A DNA stretch of 55,362 nt, counting the filler, from Sphacelaria rigidula (Eukaryota), in the NCBI GenBank assembly GCA_964200075.2. It is 6 parts of 6 records of this genome, joined end to end, with 100 filler letters (N's around TTAATTAATTAA, not from the genome) between each part and the next. Parts side by side here need not be neighbours in the genome. Positions count along the whole stretch, not along the records: positions 9,245 to 18,388 come from CAXNAA020009192.1; positions 18,489 to 27,632 come from CAXNAA020009193.1; 4 more parts are not named here. The stretch is one strand, 5' to 3'. Below the pieces are notes generated by a model. It did not search any database and had not been told where the DNA came from. It was given only the letters and a program-made list of their open reading frames with translations. This document shows, in pieces, positions 11,140-23,102 of this stretch. The position numbers and the translations under genes were made by a program. Every line of letters starts with the position of its first letter. Position 1 is the first letter of the stretch.

Positions 11140-13059
11140 TCAATGATAATGGGCGTAACTTTGGCTCCTAAGGACACATGCTCCACCAATGTGCGTGCGC
11201 AGCAGGGAGATTGTCATACAATTTCCATGATCGATGACGACGCTTCAGGGTCCGTTGTAGGAGTGCTCAAGCGTTCGTGCTCGAGTACCTCTTCGAGTAT
11301 GCTTGCCTCTCTGGGGCACGTTGATTCCATAGCCGATGGGGGTTCGGGGGAAATGACCATCCGTATTATTGGAAACCAGGACGAGGTCGTCCTTTCCCCT
11401 CGCTCGTTTCCTACCTCGGTCAGGGTTGATTTCTGCCCTTGTGCAGCAAGCACTAGGTCACCTATCAATACAAAAAGCCAGCGTAGCCACGAGTCGCCCG
11501 CAGGTGTCGTTAGTACAAGTTTCACGTGGTGTACGCGCCTCAACGCAGACAATACCACCGACATATTGTGGCAAAATCTAGGATCGGCCGTTCATACGAG
11601 CTCCGTCACAGCCTCTTGTGTAATGTAGCTAGCAGTGAAAGTGCGTATGAGTGAATGTACTCGGACCAGCTGAGCACTGCATATGTTCGGTAGATCTACG
11701 AGAAAAAACCTGCAATCCATGAGTTCATACTTACGAAAACAATATGCGTATTCTCTTGCCTGAGTACGCTATCTTCACGTGAGCTTGAGTGCGTCTCACG
11801 GCCACTCGGCGCGACTCTTGCGTGCCTGCCGAGACGGACCCAGAGTCTAGGTGCGCCACGATTAAGGATACTATAATGAATAAAGTCTTGAGGGTTTTAT
11901 CTTGATTTTCTACCGTTTCATCAGTGAGACACTGGGTGATCCCGTAGCAGGCCAGATTATATCTGCAGACTTTCCTTTATCAGCGTGTCGAAACAGCCGC
12001 TGCAGTTGTGGCTACAGCGTAATACGTCGGTGAGCCCACGGGCGTCAACGCGGCAGGGTCGTGAGCGGGAAAGCTAACTGAGCACTTGAGCTGTGGGGCC
12101 GTGCCGGCCCATGAGTACACACAACCATTTGTCGACACAACATGAGGGCGGAGAGATGCAAAACATCAGAACAAGAAAGACAAATACCTGACCGTATAAT
12201 TTACATGCAGCAGCCGCTACGAAGCATAGACTTGTGATTACAGCTCGATATGCTGCTAAATCACCACGCGCATGCGGCAGGGATGTAAACATTGACTGAG
12301 AACTCGAGGTGTGGGGCAGCGCCGCTCTACAATCTGGTTCAGCACAAAATCATCTTTTGGAGGGGGCTGTTCGAGCGGAAGAAAATTGCGTAATACGCAG
12401 CGTTTGAAAACCTCGACTGACATACCGACACCTCCTGCAATGTGGTAGCTACGAGCTACAAGCTTGGCGTTCGGGACGTAAGATCATCAGACCGCAGCTG
12501 GACTGTTTGGGGGGGCTCCTGAAAAGCATATATGGACAAACACTAAAAAAGCGTCGCTCGCTGTGAGTTGTACAGATATTAGAGAGTTTCGGAAAATGTT
12601 TTTTCGCATCTTGGAGTCAGAATGAAGGGGAAAACAGCCGATAACGGTGCACGTTCCGAAATGAAACGTTCTTCAGAGCTAAGTTTTTACAGTCATAGTC
12701 CCGCTTTGACCTCTCCACTCTGAAAACCGATGTGCCTGTCCAAACTTCATAGCGGAACGTAAAAGAACCACCCCCACCTTCACCACCATGGTCACAGTCA
12801 GTCCAAAATGAATATACCCTAACAAGCAAAGTGGGACATCCATCACGACTGCCATGCTCATCACAATGGGCCATTCACGAAGTAGAAACGCTTGGCATCG
12901 CAATCAGAGGACCTCCCTGACGCCGCTATGGTATCAAGCTTCGCTTGGTTATGTTGCGTGAATTTCAAATGCTCGGCGGGTACACGACGTTACCTTGGGT
13001 GCAGTTCTTCACTCTTGCCAGCTTCAGTCGGAAAAATATGGTGTGAACGGTTCGTAGTC

Positions 13060-15760
13060 TACAGCGCACAAGCAGTACTACACCTGACTGCATTGCCATT
13101 CCGTTGGAGGTCATTACGTGTTGCACCACCGATATGGATGGCATGTTGGAAATTCATTACAATGCGGCTTTGTGTCTTGTTTGAAAGTGCTGCGTACTGT
13201 ACTACTGTACACTTGACTGTCTGTACGGTATCGCTGTAGTTCACCGTACCACAATGTACTGTTAGGTGCGCGCCTGACCCGCCAAAATAGGCGAAAAGCG
13301 TGTCAGCGACCAAGATCACGAACAGATACGAGCAGACCGACTTTTGCGGCTCATCCGGGCACATGGGGTACAATGCGCCTTGCGTCATCGGAGGAAGAAA
13401 ATGACATAAATCCAAAATTCACATCGAGAAAAAGCGGACTGCATTCTAAAGTCAGAACCCCAACGCGGCTGTCACTGGCATTCCAGCGTATCGCAAGCGC
13501 GGACGAAAACGACGCAGTGGCATGCAATATATCAGGAACAACAACGGAAATCGCGGTTGAAGGGGAAAATGAATGGGCCGGGGAAACACACGCAAACGCA
13601 AGGCAGCAGAGACCCAGACGCTGTAAGCCCCGTGTTGCGTTGTAGCCTATGTCTCGTCGTCCCAGCAGTCCCAGTTGCGCACGGAGCACGCGAAATACTC
13701 TACACCAGTGTTCGCGAATGGCATCTATCGCTTTGGTCACACCAAGAACACGTCAGACGACGCCGCTAACTTGGCGCAATCGCTCCGATGGGTCCTCAAA
13801 ACCAAGACACTGAACCACCAGCACCACCAAATTTCCCTGCACCTACCCCAGAGGAACCCTCAGATACCCACGTATTTGTAGCACGTGTGGGTTGTCTTTT
13901 GCACATACTGCGCATTTTCATCACATGCGGGTTGGAGAGCGGTTTCTTCATGGGGCCGCACGGCAAGGGATCCTGGCATGGGCGGGACGACCAGCATATT
14001 TTTGCCCTGCTTGGATAAGCTTAGACTGTAGCGAGTCGTATTCATCAGACGGGACATCATCCCAAAGTGATGTCGAGGGATGAGGATCCAAGGCGTGCCT
14101 TTTCGGTCAGGGGTACGACGTTGCAATCCTTTGTGGTGTGTCCGTGCTGTTTGCGTAGAATTTGGAGATAAAGTTGATCGAACAATTTGTTTCGGGGAGT
14201 GCGGATCGAAATTGGGCCAACATCGTCAATTGGGCCAACTCGTGTGCTCAACACGCGGCAGAGCCAAACGTACTGATGAACTTGAACGAAGACGTCCCTT
14301 GCACAGACGAGTGGAGTACAAAGAGTCACTGGGTGTGTGATGCGGGCTGGGAGTATGTCGGTGGATCATCTCGTCATGTTCAGAGGAGCTTGATGTATAA
14401 CAGGTCATCGTTCTGCAATTTTCGGCGGAGGGATGACTCGCCTTGTGCAAGTGTATCAGTTATTCTGTGGACATGGCTTTTAACTCCATGGACATGATGA
14501 TTAATCGGACTCAAAAGATGTTCAACTCGAGAGGCAATGGAAACAAACCGTCGTCACGTGCGTGACCCACCGGTGCCTATTACAATAGACGCGTGTCTTA
14601 GGGCGATGACACTCTTAAGCCGATTACAACAGACTGCGCACTCGTTCAGCGTCAATTGTAGCTTGGGCTGAGTCACGGCTTCGCTTCGCTGCTTTAAGGT
14701 CGCGGCGATTCTTGCTTGATTTCGTGCAACTCATTATTGACGGCTGTTGGAGTGTGTGGCCATTGCGTTCAAGATACTGCTCGTCTCTTTTCTTACAGAT
14801 TTTCCGTCTCGCCAGCTTGCTCTGTGGCTTCCTTTTTCCCTTCAGTTTGCCCAAACTTGCCGCCAAACGAGATTAGATACTAAGCTACGCTATCGATGGT
14901 GGCGTGGTGATTGCACTGGGTACAGATGAACGAGCGCTATTCTCATCACCGACACGAGCAATGCACAGACGGGGGTATGTGTCTCAGAGACAGCCTCTGG
15001 GGCGGGGCGGTCGAAGGCTCAAGCTCCACACCTGTCGAAAATTCCACACATCCGATGTACCAGTATCAAAAGTCATTCATGGGTGTAATCTGTTCTGTGG
15101 CCGTTGGGCAGGGATTAGAGGCGCTTGTATGCGCTGATAGCCTAAACCGCGCCCCAAAATACTCATCGCCAAGGCCGTCGATTGGGATACAATCTATTGC
15201 ATCATCTGCGCCAAAACCGCAGCTACGGCTGGCGTCGACGAAATGTATTATCCCTCCAGGATCCGAGTTTCATAACAAATTAAGTGAAGAAAACATAGGT
15301 TGTTTGCGATTTTCTCGATCACCATAACTTATTTCCCAAAACGGTCGACCTTAGCTGCAACTCAGGCAAATACACGCCGTTGAGTAGCCGTGGCACGCCG
15401 TGGTTCGTAGTCTGGGATGAGAAAAACAAGACGGCGTGACATGAAAACCCTACACAAATCCCAAGTACTTCGGGTGATTACACGGCGTGCCTCACCAGGG
15501 GATGAACAAGATGTGCGGTCTGTTCGTGGTTTTGGGCGGTGACACTTTTTTTGCCCGTTTTGGGGGGGTCAGGCGCGCCCATAACTGTTTTAGGGTTCTG
15601 CATTGCACTCTCTGTACCGCACTGTCTGTACTTTACACTGCACAGCACTACAGCACTACAGTGCCCTGTAGTGCACCGTAGTGCAGTGAAGTACTGCAAG
15701 TGCAGTAAGGCGTATTTTACGGAACGTACGTGCCGCAGGGTACGGTACAACACAGACTCG
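13060..15760 (-). mobile_element. MuDR/Mutator-like element (degenerate) with inverted repeats
   Basis: Inverted repeats 13259-13356 and 15500-15587 (gcgcgcctgaccc...gtgtca...cacgaacaga), extended outward by actgt/acagt-rich tracts, enclose a transposase relic. Outer boundaries are approximate. Confidence 0.7.
13870..15330 (-). pseudogene. MuDR transposase pseudogene
   Basis: Motifs in MuDR order across frameshifts: SDPGGIIHFVD; TATEQITPMNDF*YWYIGCVEF; IALVHLYP...LVSNL; SWIM-like GTSSFKFISTFGSAAC*AHELA; FISKFY...LDPHPSTSLW; AGRPAHAR; KCAVC..HTC knuckle. Confidence 0.65.
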
Positions 15761-17749
15761 CTACCGTTGCTGCACAGTCAGTGCTATGCTGACCTATGCA
15801 TTCTCGAACTGGACGCTGGTCGATCGTAGATTTGGCGGGGTAATTTGCGGCCAATCACTGCGACAAAAAGATCCACATCAAGCCACGTCATACCAGCTTC
15901 CGCTATGAACTTTTCAGCGTCCACTCTGAAGTTTCAAAGCTTCCACTCTGAACTTCGACTCTATGATGAGCTTTCCCCCCCCCGAAACTCTCTAATAAAC
16001 GTATAGCAAGTTGTACATTTTTACTGACGACAAAACTCCTGTTCAACTTTTTCATCCGTAGCACATAGGGCCGAATCCACGCCACAGAATTTATTATGAC
16101 TTGTCATGCGGAGATTTATTGATGTTAGGCTACAGAGCAGAACAAGCCCCCCGAAACTTCAGTATACATGGCTGCGCAGTCAACCCTCGCCATTGTTCGT
16201 GTGAACAGGCTAATCAGTAGAACCCACGCTGCGGTACAGTAGCGGCGTATACTGCGTGATGTGTTGAACAGACGCTCGCGGCGTTACACTTGTGATACGC
16301 GTGCCGGCGATATACGTGAATGCGAGGCCCCGTGTGTGGGGTGTGTAGCTGCACACTCCTTCAGTCAAGCTTGGCTCTCCAGCTACAAGCTCTCCTTTTG
16401 AATTGGTATCGATCGAACCCCTCCCGGTACGTAGGCTATCAAACACAACAGTATAACTTTACGTGTATAAAATTTCTAAATGGCGTAGACGCGAAGGGAA
16501 TCCCAGCACGCTGCAGCTATTCTTCGATGAGAGCAGAAGAAGATACCGTGCAAGATCGTATCCTATCGGATAGAAGATACAGTCAGGAACACGAGAAAAG
16601 AGTCCGCGGGCGCTGTGACAGATGGTGTCTTCCTTAGCGACGGGTACCCAAGGTGGGGTAGGGGTTCCGCGGCAATACAACTACCGGCCGCTGAGAGACT
16701 TGACACAGTCACTCGGCGGCAACACAACCGTGCAGGGAGGTGGCACGGTTTGGGCGACGTGTGGGCAGGGGTGCACAAGAGACACAAGAGGGTACTGGCC
16801 TCGAACGTGAATACCATACTAGTTATGAGTATGGCGATGGGGGTGGGGTGTATGGATCTAGTCGAGGTGCTTTCAGTTACCATGGTGGTCCGCACGGCGG
16901 TGCAATATATTTTCTGGTGCTCAGACCGGTTATCATGATGTTTACAGGGAAGGAACGTGATGGTGGTGTGTGGTATATCTGTCGATGGGATGTTGGATAA
17001 AATCATAGCATTCCAGTTCATGTCAACACAGACGGGCAAGTTTTCCGAGGTGTCAAGCTTTGAAGTGCGATTTCAATAGTAGGAAAATACTGTTGCAATA
17101 GGAATTCCACAAGCAGGCAACTGTCGTAGTAGTCGGGGTTATAACAGCAGGAAAAAAAAAAGCTGTTATAATCAGGAACTCACCAGTAAAGCGAACTGTT
17201 GTAATCGAGATTTGAACAGTAGAAAGGAATGTCGTGGTATGAGAAGCACTTGGTGTGCCCCGCAAAGGCTCCTCTCTCGGCCGGACAGAGTTTTCCCAGA
17301 GAAGATATAAAATACAGATAATATTTCAGACTTGTGAGGTGCTGTTTGTGTTCAGTTGCTTGTGGGCAAACGCACAAACCCTTTACGGTGCACTGTGCGA
17401 CGGAGATATGGTGAAAATATGCCTGATACAACATCACATACGTTGTAAGAGGTGAAGTGATGAGATCGATCATGCCGGCACGTGTAATCTGGTGGGGACG
17501 GTACGGAAATTTACAGTTCGCATGCGTCGGCCGGCAAAATATAGGGAAATTGAAGAAATCCCCCGCAGCGAGAAACGCTGTACAGAGTAAAATTGGCGTT
17601 CATGCGTTTTGATATTGTGTTTTATTTAGTTTGTGTGGAACTTATTTTTTGGCGTGGATAGTCTTGAACAATGTGAGACAAATGTTCTGACCTGTGTATG
17701 ACGGCATGCTTGTTGGAGTGCTGACTTGCTGACTGGTGAGCAGGCACGT

Positions 17750-18170
17750 GAGCGCAGTCATTGTGATTTGTTGAGTGTTGAAGTGGACGTGTACAGCGTT
17801 GCAATTGACTGTAGGAGCAAGGGCGTGAGTACAGAACAAGAACGCGCTGACTGTAGGACATGAACGCAGAAATATTCAGTGCCAAGCTTATTGATTGTTG
17901 GAGCGAACGCAGTACGGCAATATCGGCTGTTGAGATGAACGCCGTAGAACAGCAATACCACCGTAGTGTTTGTCAACGGGGCGAAAACGGTAGTACAGCA
18001 ATGATGCCTGATGGGCTGTTGGAGCAAAAGCGGTGAGGCAGTGAAAACATAACTGTTGAGACGGAAACATCAGTGCAGCAATGTTGATTAGTGATTGGCT
18101 GTTGAGCGAAAGGGTTAGCACAGCAGTGACTCCAAATATGACTGTACAACGAGCATCGCATCGGAACAGT
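17750..18170. repeat. Degenerate array of short ctgt(t/a)g(g)agc..aa...acagca units
   Basis: Motif recurs at ~35-60 bp spacing (gactgtaggagcaa, attgttggagcgaa, gctgttggagcaaa, gctgttgagcgaaa). Confidence 0.55.
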
Positions 18171-18292
18171 TTCACAGACTGAGCGTCCGGAGACATTCGG
18201 GGGTTTCCAGTGGCTGAGGGCGTGGTCATTGAAGGGGGGGGGGGGGGCGGGGGGTGGGGGGGGCGGGGCAGCGGGGGGGGGTGCGGGGCTGC

Positions 18293-18388
18293 TGTACTCA
18301 TGATCATGCACGCCATAGTCATAAGACCATTGACCTCGCATCCCTACAAAGCCGGGACGGAGCACGCCGGGTTCTCGCCGGACTAGGC
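18293..18388 (-). repeat. Repeat family A copy (cut by linker)
   Basis: gtactcatgatcatgcacgccatagtc...tccctacaaagccgggacggagcac. Confidence 0.9.
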
Positions 18389-18488
18389 NNNNNNNNNNNN
18401 NNNNNNNNNNNNNNNNNNNNNNNNNNNNNNNNTTAATTAATTAANNNNNNNNNNNNNNNNNNNNNNNNNNNNNNNNNNNNNNNNNNNN
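18389..18488. other. Artificial linker 44N-TTAATTAATTAA-44N
   Basis: Same spacer as at 9145. Confidence 0.98.
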
Positions 18489-18898
18489 GGGGGGGGGGGG
18501 GGGGGGGGGGGGGGGGGGCTTTTGATTGGACGAGAGAAGAGGCTCATAAGTGTGTCCGACGACCTGCCACACTCGCGGTGCGCTTTATTTGATTCAAAAC
18601 TGTGTCAATCGGTATAAATGAGCGTGTTTTTTTAAAATTTAAGACAAGCTCGTTCGAGCAACCTCTGCTGCTTTTCACCGACGACTTGACTTGGAATTTT
18701 GTGCAAGAAGTGGCCCGAAATACCCCCCCCACGCACCCCCCCCACCCGCCACCCCCACCCACCCAAGCTCACANNNNNNNNNNACAAGCTCGTTCGGACA
18801 CCCCCCGCCTCCTTTCCCCCCCGCCTTGACTTGGATTTTTTTGCAAAAAGGGGCCCGAAACCCCCCCCCCCCCCCCCCCCCCTATCGTAGGATGACTC
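18489..18898. mobile_element. Partial copy of the Sola-like MITE at 41830
   Basis: Shares the body (cgacctgccacactcgcggtgcgctt; acaagctcgttcgagcaac) and right TIR cctatcgtaggatgactc. The internal duplication across a 10-N gap (18774-18783) is probably an assembly artefact. Confidence 0.85.
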
Positions 18899-19700
18899 GT
18901 ATACGACATATTTTTCACTTGTTTCTGTTGCGCAAGGGATACGGAGTATGACAGTATAATCGCGAACAAGAATGCATGATTGCAAGGGCAGCGGGGGGCA
19001 GCTTTTGTTAAATAAAAATGCTTTAGAATAGGGGTACCATCGTATCAACGCCCCCACTTGGCGTATTATTTGGGGTATTCACCATTGTAAGAACTTACTG
19101 CATTATTCCCATCATGGCAGCGTGTGGTGACTTCCAGCTGCTTGATTTTGCGTGTGCCATTCAAGGAAGACACAAAATCCTGCGAATCGCACAAACGTTC
19201 ACTAACTTTGGTAAAGGGACGAACAACTCGAAAAACAAATCTTGTTTCATGCTGCTAAGCAAGGTCTGTAGCTCCAAAAAAATTAGTTGTACACCTGGTT
19301 ACACACAGAGGTGTCCACGCTGTCAAGAGTGGTGACTATGTCGTACTACCTAAAGATAATCCCCGTGTCCGTCCAAGCTGTCAGGCCTATAGATCGAACT
19401 CCCGATCCACCCCAGGTTTGAGCATCCCTGCAGTCCGCGCTTCCTGAGTGGCTCAGTATTTGTTGTGACATCTTCGCAAATGCACATCCTTGGATGATGA
19501 CAAATGCAGACAGGTTTTCATCCTGTATCTTGGGTGCTGTGTGCTGTGTCCATATGTGCTACGCATACTTGTTCATAGCTCCGTGTGTTCATAGCTTGCA
19601 GAACGTTCACCATCCTACCCCCAAACTCTTCCTCTCCCTAAATAACTCCGTGTATCGCTTCTTTTCTTTTTTTTCCCTCCCTTCCATCTCTCGCTCTCAG

Positions 19701-19906
19701 ATTCCGGCCGGCGTTCTATCTGGCCCTGCGAGACACACTGGTCGCTCCCGATCTAGACACCGCGGTGGCCAACGCTTATGAGCGCGGCTCTCAAGGTCGA
19801 TGCCTCTACAAGATCGTGTCGAAAGACGGAAAGCTTGTCGATCGCTCCGGGACCATGACGGGAGGCGGCAACTCGACAAAGCGCGGGGGAATGCGCACTA
19901 CGGGGG
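19701..19906 (+). CDS. SMC4: SMC4 (condensin) exon, C-terminal half of the hinge
   Basis: ctctcag|A TTC...GGG G|gtgagt; encodes FRPAFYLALRDTLVAPDLDTAVANAY...IVSKDGKLVDRSGTMTGGG, the SMC4 hinge signature. Confidence 0.93.
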
Positions 19907-19939
19907 GTGAGTGAGAACTATTGCGCGCGGGGGGAGAGG

Positions 19940-20520
19940 GGGTACTCATGATCTTGCCTGGCGTAGTCGTAAGACCATTGACCTCGCATCCCTTCATAGC
20001 CGGGGCTGAGCACGCCGGGTTTTCGCCGGACCAGGCTCGCCATGAATCGAGGGTCGGACGAATCAATGATTCGTCTGGAAATCAATTGATTTTAGTGTGA
20101 ATGATTCGTACCGGACGAATCAATCCTCACCTTAGGCTTTGATTTCAGCGTTGCAAGCCTGGTACAGGCGGCCCGGAGACGTGTAATGGCGCAAAAGTTG
20201 CATGGGAGACCTACTTGACCAGCGGTCAACGTTTTTCTCTCTTTTGAGCAATCACGCCTTAACAATCGTAGATTTAGCAATTCGAATCGGCCATGATTCG
20301 TCCCAACCATGGAATCACTCACCAAACGTGGACCGCTGTGATGTGTTCGGCTAGTCGCATGAGTGGTGAGGTGCATCCCGCGAAGATTGTTCGGTCCGAA
20401 GCGTACTGGTTATCTTGCATATGGATGACAGCTTCGAATGAGTTGCTTCGTTACCTTGGTATTCCCACCCCCAGAGATAGCCACGGGTTAATTACACACT
20501 GCCGAATGGGTGTCTCACCA
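19940..20520 (-). repeat. Repeat family A copy split by a ~270-bp insertion (20041-20312)
   Basis: gctcgc|aatcactcacc is contiguous in the 51.5 kb copy but separated here by a gaatc/gattc-rich insert with imperfect inverted ends. Confidence 0.85.
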
Positions 20521-21083
20521 TTCAAGCACTACGTGGTACGATCATCCTCTTTTTTTTTTGTCAAAATCGGCGCCGAAGGTGCCGGATTTGAGATCTGCCA
20601 GCACGCACTTTGCTTAGAGCACCCGTTGCACGCACACCCCCTTGCGCGCGGGTTCTCAGTTAACCTTGTTGGGCGGTTGGGGGTTAGCGTCAGCGTCATT
20701 TTGAGAACATGAATAACCGAGAAAAATCTTGACTGATTGTTTTCGACAAATGCGCAAGCATGTCTCGTTTAGAAATGCGTACAGTAGTGTATATGTTGCC
20801 CACGATCAGGTCGAACACGATTTCGACGACCCTGCAAGTTCGTTTATGTGCAGGGCTTCTTTTTTTCACGAGTAGTTGCACCGTTTGAAGAGGGTCTTGT
20901 TAAGGATACTCTGCTCTGGCGGAAGATTGGCTTAGCGCGGGCGCTGTGTATTCGTCCGTATGTGAGGAATGCATGATGTTTTCATGTTTTCACGGAACGT
21001 TATACCGGAGGTTCACGGCAGCGAGATCAATTATTAACTATTCACGAAGGATCGCGTCTAGGCATGTAATTATCTGCATGTGA

Positions 21084-21571
21084 GGCTGGATGTTATGGCA
21101 CACAGATCTTTGGCCCACGGATTGTTCACTTTCGGAACATTTGACCCACTTTTTTTAACCCCAACCAGGGAAAATCGCCGACAAACGTCTCGGGACACTT
21201 TGCATCACCCCACAGAGAGGAGTCTAGCCCACTTTTCAGATTCGCCTGGCTCCAAGGTTTCGAGATTGGCCCCTGAACAGTGATCCCGTGTGCATTGAAA
21301 TCTACGGCGATCTCCACAGATTATTGGGCAAACTGCTGTACGTTGGCAAGCACAGATTATTGCACACGAATTATTGTTCAGCGGCCAATCTCGAAACCTC
21401 GGAGCCAAGCAAATCTGAAAAGTAGGCTAGGCTCTTCCCCCCTGTGGGGTGATGCAAAGTGTCCGAGACGTGTGTTGGCGATTTTTCCTGTTTGGGGGTG
21501 AAAAAGTGGGTCAAACGTCCCGGGAGTGAACAATCCGTGGGTCAAAGATCTGTTTGCCATAACATCCGGCC
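21084..21571. mobile_element. PIF/Harbinger-like foldback MITE in an SMC4 intron
   Basis: Termini ggctggatgttatggca / tgccataacatccggcc, TGA on both flanks (3-bp TSD), ~215-bp arms and a ~65-bp loop. Confidence 0.85.
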
Positions 21572-22024
21572 TGACGTGGGGGGATCGGACCCGTTACACT
21601 CTCAAGATTTGGAGTATACTGGTGGCAGTAGTAGGTGTTGTTGTTGTTGTTGTTGTCAGTGGTGGTGATGATGAGGGTGATGCTCGGTAGGTTTCAATGC
21701 AATGGGGAGGAAACATACGATGGTTGTGCCTTGTTGTCGCTCAACACAGGAGGAAGATGTGACGAAAGTTCTCCGTCTTCGTCTCGTTCGTATTCTGGGG
21801 GCACTATAGTATCACGCATCCTTCGATTCCTACTATAACGGGAAAAAATACGGGGGGAAAGTTGACGATAACTTCACCTTGCAATCATTTCAAAACAGTC
21901 CAATCCACTCCGGTCCACCACAGTAAAGTCATGTGATCACACACACACTCACACACTCACAGATACTGAAATACGACGCGCATACTAAATGTCTTGTAAG
22001 GAATAGTAGGGACAGCATTGGAAA

Positions 22025-22100
22025 GACCAACCTACGTCTGTGACCACGGGTTCGCGAGATCGGACTAATGTCCGGTATTATTATTATTATTATTATTACT
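22025..22100 (+). mobile_element. 3' end of a non-LTR retroposon with a (TAT)n tail
   Basis: cctacgtctgtgaccacgggttcg...(tat)n. A reverse-complement copy lies at 25625-25690. Confidence 0.6.
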
Positions 22101-22336
22101 ACATGCTCTCTTCAGCAGACCCCGTGGGTCAAAGGCAACGAACTGTCGCCGGCTACGCGCTGTATCGTATTCACCCTAAACGTTTTCTTCTAAGAGAAAA
22201 GAATCATGCGCGCGCGCCCGCATAAACACATCACACATGGGTTTTTTTATTGTTTCGAGGGGGTTTTGGACAAGAGGCAGACAGCATGGCTAAAAGTTGG
22301 AAAAATAAATGAATGAAACCAACAAAAAATAATCAG

Positions 22337-22533
22337 GCGGTAGGCATGGCGGTGCGGGGGCCAGGGGGGCGGGAGCGGCGCCAGGCGCTCCCGGTATTGT
22401 CAGCGCGGCACAGGCAGAAAAGCTCGCTTCTTTGGCGAGGAAGGCCCAAGAGGATGTGCGCGAGGCGTCGGCCGCCGTGAGAGCTGCGCAGGGGCAGGTC
22501 AAGGCTCTGCATGCCAGAGGCCAGAAGCTGCAG
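22337..22533 (+). CDS. SMC4: SMC4 exon, Gly/Ala linker plus start of the coiled coil
   Basis: aatcag|GC...CTGCAG|gtatgt. The phase matches the previous exon (G+GC). Encodes GRHGGAGARGAGAAPGAPGIVSAAQAEKLASLARKAQEDVREA...KLQ. Confidence 0.85.
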
Positions 22534-22594
22534 GTATGTAGCAAATGCGTGTGTGTGTGTGTGTGTGTGTGAGGTCATGGTATAGGTTTGTATT

Positions 22595-22900
22595 TGATGT
22601 ATCTGATTGATATCTCGATTGACTGGGGCACAGTAACTAATCCTCTGGGGATACCCGGCCGTGGCTACACGATAGGCGATGGATGATGAACGATAGGTGA
22701 TACGTGATGGATCGATGTACCCGAGATTGAAAAAAAAATGGAAGAAGCACTCGGAGGAGATCAGTGAAGAAAGCAGAAAAAGAGTTGTGGAATAGAAAAG
22801 GCGAACAGAGTGGGCTGAAGAAAATACGAAAGAGATGAGACAAACCAACGAAACAAAAAAGCAAGGGTAAAGAAAAGAAGTAGAATACAACATGTGTTGA
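22595..22900 (-). mobile_element. Retroposon 3' fragment with an (AATC)n-type tail
   Basis: Reverse complement matches tctcgggtac...ccacggc.gg...cagtcaatc at 47085-47170 and 23321-23400. Confidence 0.55.
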
Positions 22901-22914
22901 TCGACTGGCAAATT

Positions 22915-23102
22915 GATTCGTTGGTGGGTTGGTCGGTCGGTCGGTTGGCTGGTTCGTCGGTTGGTTGGTGGGTTGGTTCGTCGCGTGGTCGGCTGGCTGG
23001 TGGGCTGGCTGGTTGGTTCGTCGGTCGGTCGGTCGGTCGGTGGGTTGGTTCGTCGCGCGGTCGTTTGGCTGGTCACCTGGCTGGCTGGTGGGTGGGTTGG
23101 TT
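22915..23102. repeat. (GGTT/GGTC/GGCT)n compound microsatellite
   Basis: Tetranucleotide tract with an internal higher-order duplication (ggtgggttggttcgtcgcg twice). Confidence 0.9.

Noticed and set aside
11137-12900. ORFs of 70-163 aa on both strands
   Set aside because: No recognisable domains or exon structure.
13373-15330. Fanzor/TnpB-like nuclease inside the inverted-repeat element
   Set aside because: The DPG and DAANL strings are on opposite strands, there is no RuvC motif order, and the motif series fits MuDR instead.
16200-17600. Coding region
   Set aside because: Only short overlapping ORFs with no identifiable motif.
18640-18880. Real tandem duplication within the Sola-like MITE
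   Set aside because: The two copies flank a 10-N gap and low-quality poly-C runs, which suggests unmerged overlapping contig ends.
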